From: an uncultured Gemmatimonadales bacterium
GTDB lineage: Bacteria; Gemmatimonadota; Gemmatimonadetes; JACCXV01; JAHWKZ01
Assembly: GCA_947259315.1 (NCBI GenBank)
Contig: CAMYLR010000011.1
Coordinates: 72,177 to 136,176 of the forward strand
Direction of reading: 5' to 3'
Length of the DNA stretch: 64,000 nt
The translations under genes and the position numbers were made by a program. Within the stretch, counting starts at the first letter, position 1, and each line of letters starts with the position of its first letter. A model generated the notes under the pieces. The model worked only from the letters and a program-made list of their open reading frames with translations. It had not been told where the DNA came from and did no database searches. Positions 1 to 9,601 of the stretch are shown piece by piece.

Positions 1-2
1 TC

Positions 3-1604
3 GCTTTTGTATTCACTGGGTCACGGCCGCTCCTGTTCTGGCACCAGGTACTCACCGGCTTGACCGCGTTGGCCCTTCTTTGGGCGGCGCTCGTTTTCTC
101 GCAACAATTGACGTGGAAGCCCCGTTACCTGGCATTCGTCGCGTTCCCACTGGTCTGGTCCTACGTGGCGATGTACCGCTTGGAGAACTTCCTGGCAGCG
201 GCCGCGCCGATGGTTGTATTTCTGAGTTTGGCCACGTTGTGGACGGGGTGGGTGTTCTATCAATACGACCGCAGAGTCGGGTCGACCGGAGCGCGGCTGC
301 TGTTCATCTCGTTGCTCTTGTGGAGCGTACATCATCTCGACTATCCGTTTCTCCGCGCCCGGGGTGTCTGGAGCCCGTGGGGATATTACGTCGACATCAT
401 CTTCGTGCTCGCGATGGGTGCGGGCATCCTGCTGCTCGTGCTCGAGGAGCTTCATCGGGGCTTGGGAACACTCTCCGCGCTGTCGGGAGACCTCCAGCGC
501 GGCGAGAGACGAGTCGAGATCCTCGACGTACTGCTCAATCGCCTGCTCAGCTTACCGGCCGTGAAGGGCGCGGCGATGTACCAGGTGGAGGCCGGTCATC
601 GACAACTCATTCGCGGCGCCGGTATTTGCGCGTCTTGGGAAGACGAGCAGCCCCACGGCGACCTGGCTCGAGCGATCGATACGGCGGTCACGACCGGCCA
701 CCCGGAAGTCGTGCACGGGGGCACCGCCTTGGATGGCGGTCCCGTCGTGGACGCCAAGGAGAGCACCTACGCCGCTGCTCTGCCCGTCCTGCGGGGATCG
801 GAGGCAACCGGTGCGATCGTGGTGATCGGTGACTCCAGCGACCCCTTTGCGGCCCTCGATGCCCGTTTTTTGGTGGCCCTCGGTCAGCAGATCGGCGTCG
901 CTCTGGAAAAGGCCGACCTCGATCAGCGATTGCGGACTCGTACAGCCGAGCTCGAACGACTCGCTTCTAGGATGGTGCGACAGCATGAGGAACAGCGACG
1001 CCGTATCTCGCGCGAGCTACACGATGAGACAGCACAGGTGTTCTCGGCGGTCAAGCTGAATCTGGGCCTCGTAAGCGAGTCGGCTCGAGCCGAGGAGGCC
1101 GCTCGGCTCGACCAGGTGCTGGAGCTGATCGACACTGGAATCGATAGCATTCGCAGGGTGACCCAGGATCTGCGGCCCTCGGTACTCGATGAGCTTGGCC
1201 TGCTTCCCGCGTTGCACGCGTTGGTGGGCGACTTCGGAGAGACGACCGGTCTCGCGATCCGTTTTGTGGCGCCCAACGCCCTGCCCGAGCTGTCTTCTGA
1301 AGCCGAGTTGGCGCTGTTTCGTGTTCTGCAGGAGGGGTTGACGAATGTGGCTCGGCACGCGCAGGCGAGTGCGGTCGAGGTAACGGTTGAATCAAGGGAC
1401 GATCAGATCGTGGTTCACGTCAGAGACGACGGCCGTGGGCTAGAACCCGGTCGAGCCGACCGCCTGTCGGATGATGGCAGGTTGGGGCTGGTGGGTATGC
1501 GGGAGCGTATCGGCGGGCTCGGGGGTTCGGTCAGCGTCACCGGTGAGTCGGGGACGGGAGTCGACCTTAGTGTCCGACTGCCGTTGGACGAGGTGGCGAC
1601 GTGA
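3..1604 (+). CDS. Membrane sensor histidine kinase (multi-TM + GAF + HisKA_3 + HATPase), NarX/UhpB/NreB-like; 5' truncated by the window edge
   Basis: H-box RISRELHDETAQ, N-box FRVLQEGLTNVARHA, G-boxes DDGRG and GLVGMRER. Frame is open from position 3, upstream of the TTG at 60. Stop overlaps the response regulator start. Confidence 0.92.
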   Translation, partial: AFVFTGSRPLLFWHQVLTGLTALALLWAALVFSQQLTWKPRYLAFVAFPLVWSYVAMYRLENFLAAAAPMVVFLSLATLWTGWVFYQYDRRVGSTGARLLFISLLLWSVHHLDYPFLRARGVWSPWGYYVDIIFVLAMGAGILLLVLEELHRGLGTLSALSGDLQRGERRVEILDVLLNRLLSLPAVKGAAMYQVEAGHRQLIRGAGICASWEDEQPHGDLARAIDTAVTTGHPEVVHGGTALDGGPVVDAKESTYAAALPVLRGSEATGAIVVIGDSSDPFAALDARFLVALGQQIGVALEKADLDQRLRTRTAELERLASRMVRQHEEQRRRISRELHDETAQVFSAVKLNLGLVSESARAEEAARLDQVLELIDTGIDSIRRVTQDLRPSVLDELGLLPALHALVGDFGETTGLAIRFVAPNALPELSSEAELALFRVLQEGLTNVARHAQASAVEVTVESRDDQIVVHVRDDGRGLEPGRADRLSDDGRLGLVGMRERIGGLGGSVSVTGESGTGVDLSVRLPLDEVAT

Positions 1605-2260
1605 GCTCGGAGAACATACGGGTCCTCGTCGTTGACGATCATCCTCTGGTGCGTGAGGGTATCCGACACGTGCTGAATGAAGGCAGCGGTCTCGAAGTGA
1701 CCGCCGAGGCGGCCAGCGGCGAAGAGGCTCTGAAACTGGCCCAGTCTCACCACCCTGACGTGATCCTGTTGGACATCTCGATGCCGGGCGAGTCGGGTTT
1801 GAAGGTCGCCACCAAGCTCCGGAGTTGTGTTCCCGAAGCGCGGATTCTGATTCTCAGCATGCATGACCACGCGGAGTTTGTGTTGGGCGCGGTAAGAGCG
1901 GGGGTACACGGGTACGTGCTCAAAGACTCGCTACCCGTGGAGCTCAGGCAGGCCGTGCGGACCGTTTACGGTGGGGAGGAGTTCTTTAGTCCACCGGTCG
2001 CCAGTCGACTGAGCGCGGCACTTCGCGGAGAGGTTCCTGTGGAAGCGAAGCGGCAGAGAATCGAATCGCTTACGAAGCGCGAACGCGAGGTGCTGGTGCA
2101 CGTCGCGATGGGGAGATCGAACAAGGAGGTTGCGGGGGAGCTCAGCATTAGCGTCCGCACCGTGGAGACACACCGGGAGAACCTGATGCGAAAGCTCGAC
2201 ATCCACTCGGTGGCCGAACTCACGCGCTTGGCTCTGAAGACCGGCCTCGTCCCCGAGTAG
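1601..2260 (+). CDS. NarL/LuxR-family response regulator (REC + LuxR HTH)
   Basis: VLVVDDHPLVREG, LLDISMP phospho-Asp, LTKREREVL...SNKEVA...ISVRTVETHRENLMRKL HTH. Confidence 0.95.
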   Translation: MSSENIRVLVVDDHPLVREGIRHVLNEGSGLEVTAEAASGEEALKLAQSHHPDVILLDISMPGESGLKVATKLRSCVPEARILILSMHDHAEFVLGAVRAGVHGYVLKDSLPVELRQAVRTVYGGEEFFSPPVASRLSAALRGEVPVEAKRQRIESLTKREREVLVHVAMGRSNKEVAGELSISVRTVETHRENLMRKLDIHSVAELTRLALKTGLVPE

Positions 2261-2278
2261 GGATTCTCACCACTACCA

Positions 2279-2294
2279 TCCGTAGTACTACGGA
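2279..2294. promoter_or_regulatory. Perfect 16-bp palindrome, putative response-regulator binding site
   Basis: TCCGTAGTACTACGGA is its own reverse complement. Degenerate copies at ~2304-2319 and 2352-2367, between the regulator and the TonB receptor. Confidence 0.6.
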
Positions 2295-2399
2295 CTTTTC
2301 CGGGCCGTAGAATCCCGAATTTTCCGGTGTGCAAAAAACCCCTACAATCGGTTCGTAGTCCTATTCATGACATATGCGGTTGAAAGGAGACCGACGTCC

Positions 2400-4586
2400 A
2401 TGACACTACTCTGTGAGTCTCTCTCCAGATTGCGCCGTTACGCTGCGGCAGTCACGCTCATGGTTCTTGCGTTCACGGGCACTGCGGTAGCCCAGGCCGC
2501 CCAGGCTCCCGACACTACGCAGCAAGGTGAGCTGGATCTGATCTGGGTTACGCCGATCACGGTGACGGTTACGCGCACCGCGACCGACGTCTTCGATAGC
2601 CCTGCGCCCGTGAGTGTGCTCGACGAGTGGATGATTCGGGATCGAGCTCCCAACACGGTGACCGATCTGTTCAAGGATCTTCCCGGGCTCGACGTGAATG
2701 GCGTCGGCACAAACCAGACCCGACCCGCGATTCGCGGCCAGCGAGGCCAACGTATCCTGCTGCTCCAAGACGGGATGCGGCTCAACAACTCACGCCGTCA
2801 GCAGGACTTTGGCGAGATCCCGGCGCTTGTCGACGTAGCTTCGGTGGAGAGCGTCGAAGTCGTGCGTGGGCCGGCCTCCGTACTGTACGGAACGGACGCG
2901 ATCGGCGGGGTGGTCAACGTTGTGACCCGCGTACCATCTGAGGAGGGTGTGCACGGTACCGTTGGGTACCGCTTCAGCACTCACGACGATCAGAACAAAG
3001 GCGCTCTCAGCTTGTCGGGAAAGAACAGCCACGTCTACTTCCTGGCCAGTGGCACCTACCGGGACAGTGATGCCTACGACGCGCCGTCCGGCTCGTTCGG
3101 AGACATCCGCCTCGAATCAGATACCGAGGTTCAGAACACCGGGATACAGGATGACAGCTTCAATCTGCTTCTCGGTTTTATGCCGGCACCAGAACAAGAC
3201 CTGACGTTCAAGCTCGAGCGGTATCGCGCCGAAGAAACTGGGTTTGGTTTTGTGGATCCAGCTGCGTTTGCGCCCGACGACCCGCTGATCGAGATCGTGT
3301 ATCCGTTTCAGGATTTCGATAAGTACACCCTTCGGTACCGCGCGCAGAGTTTGAATACGGCTCTCGCCGATGAGCTCGATGTGCTGGGCTACTGGCAGGA
3401 CAATGAGCGCGCGTTGGAACTCGGGCTGATGATGCCGATCGGCCCCGAGGCGACGCTCGACATCGTGACCGAGAACTTCACTGACTTAGAGACTAGTGGG
3501 TTCCGGGCCGAGGCCCAAAAGCAAGCCGCAGATATCCACCGTTTCACCTACGGGCTCGACTACTTCCGCGATGACTCGAAGAATACGGATCTGACTACGA
3601 CCACGATCCTGGGGTTCGGACCGCCGATGATCGAGGAGGACGACTCGTCTTCGGTCCCGAATTCGACGTACCGCAGCGTAGGAGCGTTCTTGCAGGACGA
3701 AATCGCGCTGCCGTCGGACGTGTCTCTCGTTTTAGGGGTGCGGTTCCAGGATGTCGAGGCTGAAGCCGATCCGACGCCTGGTTTGGATCCTTCGCTGGAG
3801 TCGCAGTCACACCAGACGGTGGTCGCTTCGGCCAGTACAACCATTGGCGTGACCGATAACCTGAATCTGATCGGCTCCGTCGGTCGGGCATTCCGTGCGC
3901 CGAACCTGGTCGAGCTGTTCTTTAGCGGACCGACCCCCGAGGGCGCCGCGTTCCAGTCGCGAAACCCGGATCTCGAACCCGAGACGAGTCTCAACCTCGA
4001 CATCGGCGCTCGGTATCGCGGGAGGCTGTTCTACATCGAGGGGTTCGTGTTCCGGAATGAAGTCAAGGATGGCATTCGCATCGCGCCGACCGGAAACACG
4101 ATCAATGAGTTGCCCGAGTTCCAGAATGTGAACGTCGACGAGCTCCTTTTCCGTGGTGTCGAAATCGCCGGCGACGTTCAGCTGCTGAACGGGGTCTACT
4201 TCGGGGGCAACTACACGTACCTGTCGACACGCGACGAGAACGATCGATCGAACCCGGTCGGCGAGTCGTTCTCGAGCAAGCTCAACCTGCACCTCGGAAT
4301 CGAAGATCCTGGTGAGCGGTGGTTCGCGGAGTATCGGCTGCGTCACAACGGTGACCGCGAGGATGTCCTCCTAGTGACGAACCCGGTCGGCCCGGAGCTT
4401 CCCGCGTTCACGACGCACACGCTTCGCGGCGGTTTGACCGTCTTCGAGAACACGTCCTACCGCCAGCGGATCGGGATCACCGTCGCCAATCTGACGGACG
4501 AACTGTACGCCGAGTTCTCGAACGCCAGCTTCTTCCGGCCCGAGCCCGGCCGCACGTTGATCGTGACGTGGGGGCTGGACTTCTAG
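2400..4586 (+). CDS. TonB-dependent outer-membrane receptor (haem/porphyrin/cobalamin-receptor-like)
   Basis: Signal peptide, plug motifs IRG...LLQDG and VEVVRGPASVLYGTDAIGGVVN, FRAP...NPDLEPE motifs, C-terminal Phe. ATG 2400 follows AAGGAGA (track start 2367). Confidence 0.9.
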   Translation: MTLLCESLSRLRRYAAAVTLMVLAFTGTAVAQAAQAPDTTQQGELDLIWVTPITVTVTRTATDVFDSPAPVSVLDEWMIRDRAPNTVTDLFKDLPGLDVNGVGTNQTRPAIRGQRGQRILLLQDGMRLNNSRRQQDFGEIPALVDVASVESVEVVRGPASVLYGTDAIGGVVNVVTRVPSEEGVHGTVGYRFSTHDDQNKGALSLSGKNSHVYFLASGTYRDSDAYDAPSGSFGDIRLESDTEVQNTGIQDDSFNLLLGFMPAPEQDLTFKLERYRAEETGFGFVDPAAFAPDDPLIEIVYPFQDFDKYTLRYRAQSLNTALADELDVLGYWQDNERALELGLMMPIGPEATLDIVTENFTDLETSGFRAEAQKQAADIHRFTYGLDYFRDDSKNTDLTTTTILGFGPPMIEEDDSSSVPNSTYRSVGAFLQDEIALPSDVSLVLGVRFQDVEAEADPTPGLDPSLESQSHQTVVASASTTIGVTDNLNLIGSVGRAFRAPNLVELFFSGPTPEGAAFQSRNPDLEPETSLNLDIGARYRGRLFYIEGFVFRNEVKDGIRIAPTGNTINELPEFQNVNVDELLFRGVEIAGDVQLLNGVYFGGNYTYLSTRDENDRSNPVGESFSSKLNLHLGIEDPGERWFAEYRLRHNGDREDVLLVTNPVGPELPAFTTHTLRGGLTVFENTSYRQRIGITVANLTDELYAEFSNASFFRPEPGRTLIVTWGLDF

Positions 4587-4621
4587 TGTTGGATCTCAGC
4601 TAGCTCCAACGAGGGAGGGGC

Positions 4622-5329
4622 ATGAGAGAGCCGGTCCACTTCATCCCGATCGCGACCACGGTGATCGCATTGGTGTTCGCGCGAATCGTGTTCGAACGGT
4701 ATCGCGGGCGCGGCGGAACACACCTCCTTTGGTGGTCGATCGGGATTCTGCTCTACGGAGTCGGGACGCTAACTGAGTCGTTGGTGACCCTCTTTGGCTG
4801 GAATGCGGTCGTTTTCAAGGCCTGGTACATCTCGGGTGCCCTGCTGGGCGGCGCGCCGCTCGCGCAGGGCACCGTGTACCTGTTGTTGAAACGGCGGACG
4901 GCCAATCGGTTGGCGAGCGTCCTCTTACCCTACATTGGCGTGGCGGCCGCTTGCGTGATTCTCTCACCGGTCAATTACGAGCTCGTCGAAGCACACCGAT
5001 TGACCGGTGCGGTCTTCGAGTGGCAGTGGGTGCGTTTATTCAGCCCATTCATCAACACGTACGCGTTCATCTTCCTCGTCGGCGGCGCCGTGTTGTCGGC
5101 GGTGCGATTCTATCGCAGCGCGGGTACGCACCACCGCTTTGTCGGAAACGTGTTTATAGCGGTCGGTGCGCTCTTGCCGGGCATCGGCGGGATGGCCACC
5201 CGAATGGGACACACCGACGTTCTGTACGTCATGGAGTTCATCGGTATCGTTCTCATCTGGATGGGTTACCGATGGAACATCAAGACGCCCAAGGAAGTGC
5301 TTTCCAAACCACTGGCGGCAGCGACCTGA
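4622..5329 (+). CDS. Uncharacterised polytopic membrane protein (~7 TM)
   Basis: GGGAGGGG RBS, about seven hydrophobic segments, directly after the TonB receptor. Confidence 0.8.
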   Translation: MREPVHFIPIATTVIALVFARIVFERYRGRGGTHLLWWSIGILLYGVGTLTESLVTLFGWNAVVFKAWYISGALLGGAPLAQGTVYLLLKRRTANRLASVLLPYIGVAAACVILSPVNYELVEAHRLTGAVFEWQWVRLFSPFINTYAFIFLVGGAVLSAVRFYRSAGTHHRFVGNVFIAVGALLPGIGGMATRMGHTDVLYVMEFIGIVLIWMGYRWNIKTPKEVLSKPLAAAT

Positions 5330-5343
5330 GGGGTTGGGTCGGC

Positions 5344-5583
5344 ATGCGTGACGATACCGACGGTCTGATCGTGGTCGCGACGTGTGATGCCCGGCACAAG
5401 GCTGAGCTGTTGGTGGAGCTGCTGGAGGATGGTGGGATCGCGGCTGTACTCGAAGACGGGGAGTCGATCGGGTTTGGATCCAAGCCGCCTTTCGGTCCGT
5501 TTCACGTTGCCGTGCGATCCGATGACGCCGAATCTGCGAAGGAGTTGGTGGCTGGCTGGTGGGAAGCTGACGACTCGGACTAG
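5344..5583 (+). CDS. Small DUF2007-like putative signal-transducing protein
   Basis: ATG 5344. Pattern AELLVELLEDGGI...VAVRSDDAESAKELV resembles DUF2007. Confidence 0.6.
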   Translation: MRDDTDGLIVVATCDARHKAELLVELLEDGGIAAVLEDGESIGFGSKPPFGPFHVAVRSDDAESAKELVAGWWEADDSD

Positions 5584-6530
5584 GTAGTGCTTGCAGACGC
5601 GGGGATGGTCGTCGACTGGGCTCGAACCCACCATCCGAAAACGAATAACGTGAACAGTATCCGCGCGGCCTGACCCGCGGGCACACCGAAGCCGAGAGTC
5701 GCGGTCAACTGTGGAGCGGCGAACCAGTAGTAGGTCCCGACCGCCAACGCGGCCAGTACTGGCAGAATCCTCACTACGGAGACCCTGGCCAACCCCGTAA
5801 TCACCGCAATGATGGCGTAGCTCGCTGCCGCACCCAGGAATACGGTCGCGTAGACCGAAGCCGCCGAGCTCAGCGGTCCGTCCGCGGTCTGGAAATATCC
5901 GAATACGAACCCCGGGAACCCGGCGGCGAACGCTCCAAACGGCGTGGCCAACCAGCGGTTGGAGTCGAGCGACTCGCCCAAGGCCACCAACGGCGCCTGC
6001 TGAGGCGATGGGTCGATACACGTGGCCGAACACACCGTGCAACACCGCGTGTGGCCGACCTTCAGGATCGGACGCTGGCCATAGAGACGTTCGACCGGCA
6101 GCACGGGGCAGACCGCGTTGCAGAAGCCGGATCTCGCCTTGAACAATGCGCCCAGCAGGACAGCCAGGACCCCGACTGCCAGTATCGTGATCGCCAGCGC
6201 GGTTCCGTTTTGATTGAACAGAAACCGTCGGGCGGGCACGAGGGCCCCAAACAGCGCGATTCCGATGATGGGGGCTGCGGTGACAAACCAGGACGGTGGC
6301 CAGGGTGCGTCCGAGATTCTGTTTCCGTGCAGGTTCAGCGTTGACAGCGGACAGGTGTTTCGCCACAGCAACGGTGTCAGCAGGAGTGACGCTGGGACCA
6401 ACGGGATCACGACGTTCCAGAGGATCTCGAGCGTTGGTGCAGGCCATTGGAAGAGGCCGACGAGAAGGACCGGGGTAGCCAGCAGGCCGACCCACTCGGC
6501 GACTCTCCACGGGCGGCTATTACTGGTCAT
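5580..6530 (-). CDS. Membrane protein with Cys motifs, 4Fe-4S-binding (Fer4_5/polyferredoxin-like)
   Basis: WRNTCPL, FCNAVCPVLPVERLYG, CCTVCSATC among TM helices. ATG 6530 with AGAGGAG RBS. Confidence 0.7.
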   Translation of the reverse strand: MTSNSRPWRVAEWVGLLATPVLLVGLFQWPAPTLEILWNVVIPLVPASLLLTPLLWRNTCPLSTLNLHGNRISDAPWPPSWFVTAAPIIGIALFGALVPARRFLFNQNGTALAITILAVGVLAVLLGALFKARSGFCNAVCPVLPVERLYGQRPILKVGHTRCCTVCSATCIDPSPQQAPLVALGESLDSNRWLATPFGAFAAGFPGFVFGYFQTADGPLSSAASVYATVFLGAAASYAIIAVITGLARVSVVRILPVLAALAVGTYYWFAAPQLTATLGFGVPAGQAARILFTLFVFGWWVRAQSTTIPASASTT

Positions 6531-6590
6531 CGTCTCCTCTGGTGCGTAGGCTCGTACTTGGCACACAAACAGATCGAGAGGAGGAGCAGC

Positions 6591-6833
6591 GTGGCCAAAC
6601 ACGATGTCGGTTTCGAGATGCCGCAGCGGGCGCTCGACCGCTCGGACGTGATCTTCCGCGTTCGCGAGGACGGGGAGCTTCTAGGTACGCTGACGGTCTC
6701 AAAGGGATCGGTCGTATGGTTCCCCAAAAAGAGCCACTATGGTCACAGAGTCGGGTGGTCAAGGTTCGACGCCCTAATGCGCGAGCACGTCACGCGCTTC
6801 GAGAAGCGATCGCCGGCGCGCGACACAGACTAA
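6591..6833 (+). CDS. Small hypothetical protein (80 aa)
   Basis: GAGGAG RBS before GTG 6591; globular-looking sequence (VIFRVREDGELLGTLTVSKGSVVWFP). Confidence 0.6.
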   Translation: MAKHDVGFEMPQRALDRSDVIFRVREDGELLGTLTVSKGSVVWFPKKSHYGHRVGWSRFDALMREHVTRFEKRSPARDTD

Positions 6834-8179
6834 TCTGAGTCCCTAGAGCGTGCGTTGGCCACGCGAGCGGATCGCGACGGGCGCCAATCGCCCCCCACAC
6901 ACGTCGAGATGATCGTCTCGTTGCCGGTGCCGAAGATCCACGAGTCCAGTAACGTGTCCGCCTCGCTTCCTCTGAGTGCCGGGGCGGTCAGGTCGAGAGC
7001 CACAAAATCCGCCCAAAGACCCGGCCCGATGAGCCCAGCTTCTACGCCCAGCGCTCGCGCGCCGTTGAGTGTCGCGACGTCGAGCAATGAGGCTGCCACA
7101 CCGCCGTCCTGGTCGGTCACGATACCTCGCTGTTGCGCCTTCAGTCGCTGACCGTACTCGAGCCACCGCATCTCTTCGGTCATGGCGATCCGGGCGTTTG
7201 AATCCGTCCCCAGGCAGATGTGGCCGCCAGCCCTGTGAATCGCCGGGACATCGGCGATTCCGTCCCCGAGGTTGGCCTCGGTCAACGGACAGATGCAGAC
7301 GTTGCCGCCACGTTCGAGAAGACGCTGCATGTCATCGGACGCAGTGTGCGTGCAGTGGATCGCGGTAAAGCGGTCGTCGATCGCGAGCGCGTCGTCTAGC
7401 AGCGCCATCGGCCGGCGCCCGTGGAAACGGACACAATCTTCGACCTCCTGTGGCTGCTCTTCGACGTGGATGTGGAAGACGAGGTCTCGACGGCTGGACT
7501 CTTGGTGGAGCTCGACGATAGCCTCGATCGGGACAGCCCGAACGCTGTGGGCGGCCACGCCCATCGTCTGGGTGTCGGGCTCAAGGCCCGAATAGAGTCG
7601 GTCGACCGACATCCAGAACTCACTCGGTGATCGGGTGTCAAACCGTTGTTGACTCCCATGCAGTGGCTTCCCGAAACCGCCAGCCTCGTAGTGGGTGTTC
7701 AGCAACACTAATCGAATCCCAGCCTCGGCGGCGGCGTCGAGCAGCACGATATCGAGGTCGTAATCACGCTCGGTTGTCGCGTGGTGGACGTAGTGAAACT
7801 CGCCTACGGTGGTGATCCCGGCGTCGCGCATCTCGATAAAAGCCTCGAGGGTGAGCGCGCGGAAACGCTCGGGCTCGAGCGCATCGACGAGCTCGTACAT
7901 CGCTTCGCGCCACGTCCAGAAGCTTCCGCGACCGCTGGGAAACCGCTCCCCGCGACCACGCAACCCGATCTGGAACGCGTGTGAGTGAACGTCGACGAGT
8001 CCCGGCAGCAGCGCCTGGTCCCGAAGGCGACGGGTCGGGTTCAAACCCAGTCGCCCGACAGCCTCGATTCGAGCGCCAGCACCGACCGCCACCTGGACGC
8101 CAGCCTCGAAACGCTCACCAGTCCAGGTGAGATCCGCCTCGATGATCTCGGCCGGAGCGCCGGGTTGGGTGTCGCTCAT
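6830..8179 (-). CDS. hutF: Formimidoylglutamate deiminase (amidohydrolase)
   Basis: PGLVDVHSHAFQ, SFWTWREAMY, TVGEFHYVHH, HIHVEEQPQEV, CPLTEANLGDG, LGTDSN. Confidence 0.9.
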   Translation of the reverse strand: MSDTQPGAPAEIIEADLTWTGERFEAGVQVAVGAGARIEAVGRLGLNPTRRLRDQALLPGLVDVHSHAFQIGLRGRGERFPSGRGSFWTWREAMYELVDALEPERFRALTLEAFIEMRDAGITTVGEFHYVHHATTERDYDLDIVLLDAAAEAGIRLVLLNTHYEAGGFGKPLHGSQQRFDTRSPSEFWMSVDRLYSGLEPDTQTMGVAAHSVRAVPIEAIVELHQESSRRDLVFHIHVEEQPQEVEDCVRFHGRRPMALLDDALAIDDRFTAIHCTHTASDDMQRLLERGGNVCICPLTEANLGDGIADVPAIHRAGGHICLGTDSNARIAMTEEMRWLEYGQRLKAQQRGIVTDQDGGVAASLLDVATLNGARALGVEAGLIGPGLWADFVALDLTAPALRGSEADTLLDSWIFGTGNETIISTCVGGDWRPSRSARVANARSRDSD

Positions 8180-8292
8180 GGCCTTAGCTTGCTGCGCGCC
8201 GGCGCGCCCGGCAAGCCGGGTCGTCGGGGAGCGCTCGATGGGCGATGAAACCTGGGGCGCCCGACCGCCGTAGGGCGGGAATGGAGGTGACG

Positions 8293-9000
8293 ATGACTGC
8301 TACCACACAGACTGCCACATTTCGTTCCAGTTCGATCCCGAACCCGTTCCTCGTCCTGGCCGAGGCGCGGACCTATACGACGCTGCTGTACCTGTTGCTG
8401 AGCTTTCCGCTGGGATTGGCCTACTTCGTGATCCTCTTGACCGGTGGAGCGCTGGGGATTGGGCTGTCGGTCATCGCCGTCGGCCTGGTGATCCTCTTCA
8501 TGCTCGTCTTGGCCGGTTGGGCGCTGACCGTATTCGAGCGCCAGCTCGCGATACATCTCTTGGGCGCCGATGTCCCCCCCGCCAAACCGGAGGGTGCGCC
8601 CAAGGACGGATGGCTGTGGATCAAGAGCGTGTTTGGGAACCCCGTGACCTGGAAGGGGATCCTCTTCCTGGGGCTCAAGTTCCCGTTGGGTCTGGCCAGT
8701 TGGGTCGTAACGATCGTATTGCTGGCGATCGTTGCCACTTTTGTCACGGCGCCGTTGTCGTTGGCGCTCGGTGCTTCGATCAACATCTTCGAGTGGCAGG
8801 TCGAGACCTACGGGGAGGCCGCCGTGTTGACGCTGATCGGTCTCCTGGCGCTGTTGCCGACCGCCTATTTCCTCAACGCTTTGGGTGCCGTTTGGGCGCG
8901 TTTCGCCGAGGTCATGCTGGGCCGTGAGTGGCCCGAGCCTACACCGTCGCCCGTCGAAGCCGTCTCTTCAGGTGGTGAATCTTACGCCGGACTTTCTTGA
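8293..9000 (+). CDS. Stand-alone membrane Sensor-domain protein (PF13796-like)
   Basis: YLLLSFPLGLAYF...FERQLAIHLLG...TWKGILFLGLKFPLG pattern; no kinase domain; GGAGGTG RBS. Confidence 0.7.
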   Translation: MTATTQTATFRSSSIPNPFLVLAEARTYTTLLYLLLSFPLGLAYFVILLTGGALGIGLSVIAVGLVILFMLVLAGWALTVFERQLAIHLLGADVPPAKPEGAPKDGWLWIKSVFGNPVTWKGILFLGLKFPLGLASWVVTIVLLAIVATFVTAPLSLALGASINIFEWQVETYGEAAVLTLIGLLALLPTAYFLNALGAVWARFAEVMLGREWPEPTPSPVEAVSSGGESYAGLS

Positions 9001-9262
9001 GTTCGGCCTTATCACCGGCCTCGAGTGCCGCCGCTCGCTCGACTTTTAGCGCCCGGATCTCGGCTTTCACCTTGTCTTTGTCGATCCCCACGACTTCATG
9101 GTGCACGTGGGCCTCGATCCCGAGCACCTCGCACAGCAGCGGGAGAAGCTGTTCTTTGTGCATGGTGGTGTTGCCGATCAGTCTCTCGTCATTGATCTCG
9201 GCCGCTATATCACGCAGTCGGGCGACCGTCATGTCGTGCAGCTCTTCGTAGGTGTGGGTCAC
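8939..9262 (-). CDS. Small protein with Rho-N-terminal-like helical domain and basic C-terminus
   Basis: AGGAGG RBS before GTG 9262; YEELHDMTVARLRDIA...TMHKEQLL; C-terminal KKVRRKIHHLKRRLRR. Confidence 0.7.
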   Translation of the reverse strand: MTHTYEELHDMTVARLRDIAAEINDERLIGNTTMHKEQLLPLLCEVLGIEAHVHHEVVGIDKDKVKAEIRALKVERAAALEAGDKAELKKVRRKIHHLKRRLRRATV

Positions 9263-9601
9263 GTGCGTAATGCCTCCTATTTGAAGTGGCGGATCCCCAG
9301 TCCGGGAAGATATCACCGTGTTGTGGTCTTGAGGAGCGATCGGTAATAGGATTGGATACAGAGCTCCGATAACGGCGATCGCGATGTTCATCGCGAGCGC
9401 AACGCCACGGGTTCCGCCCTCCGAGCCTCATCCGCGCCCAGAGACGCTGGGATCACCTGGCTGCCGAAGAGCCCAGGAATACTGCTTCAGGCCGTGAACT
9501 TCCAACCCCGAGGAGGCGCACGTGAAGCATCTCCTGGAGGGCTTGCGAGGCTCGCGCTCGTGAAGTGAGTCGCTGACTGACCGTAGCGCGGAGGCGCGCC
9601 G

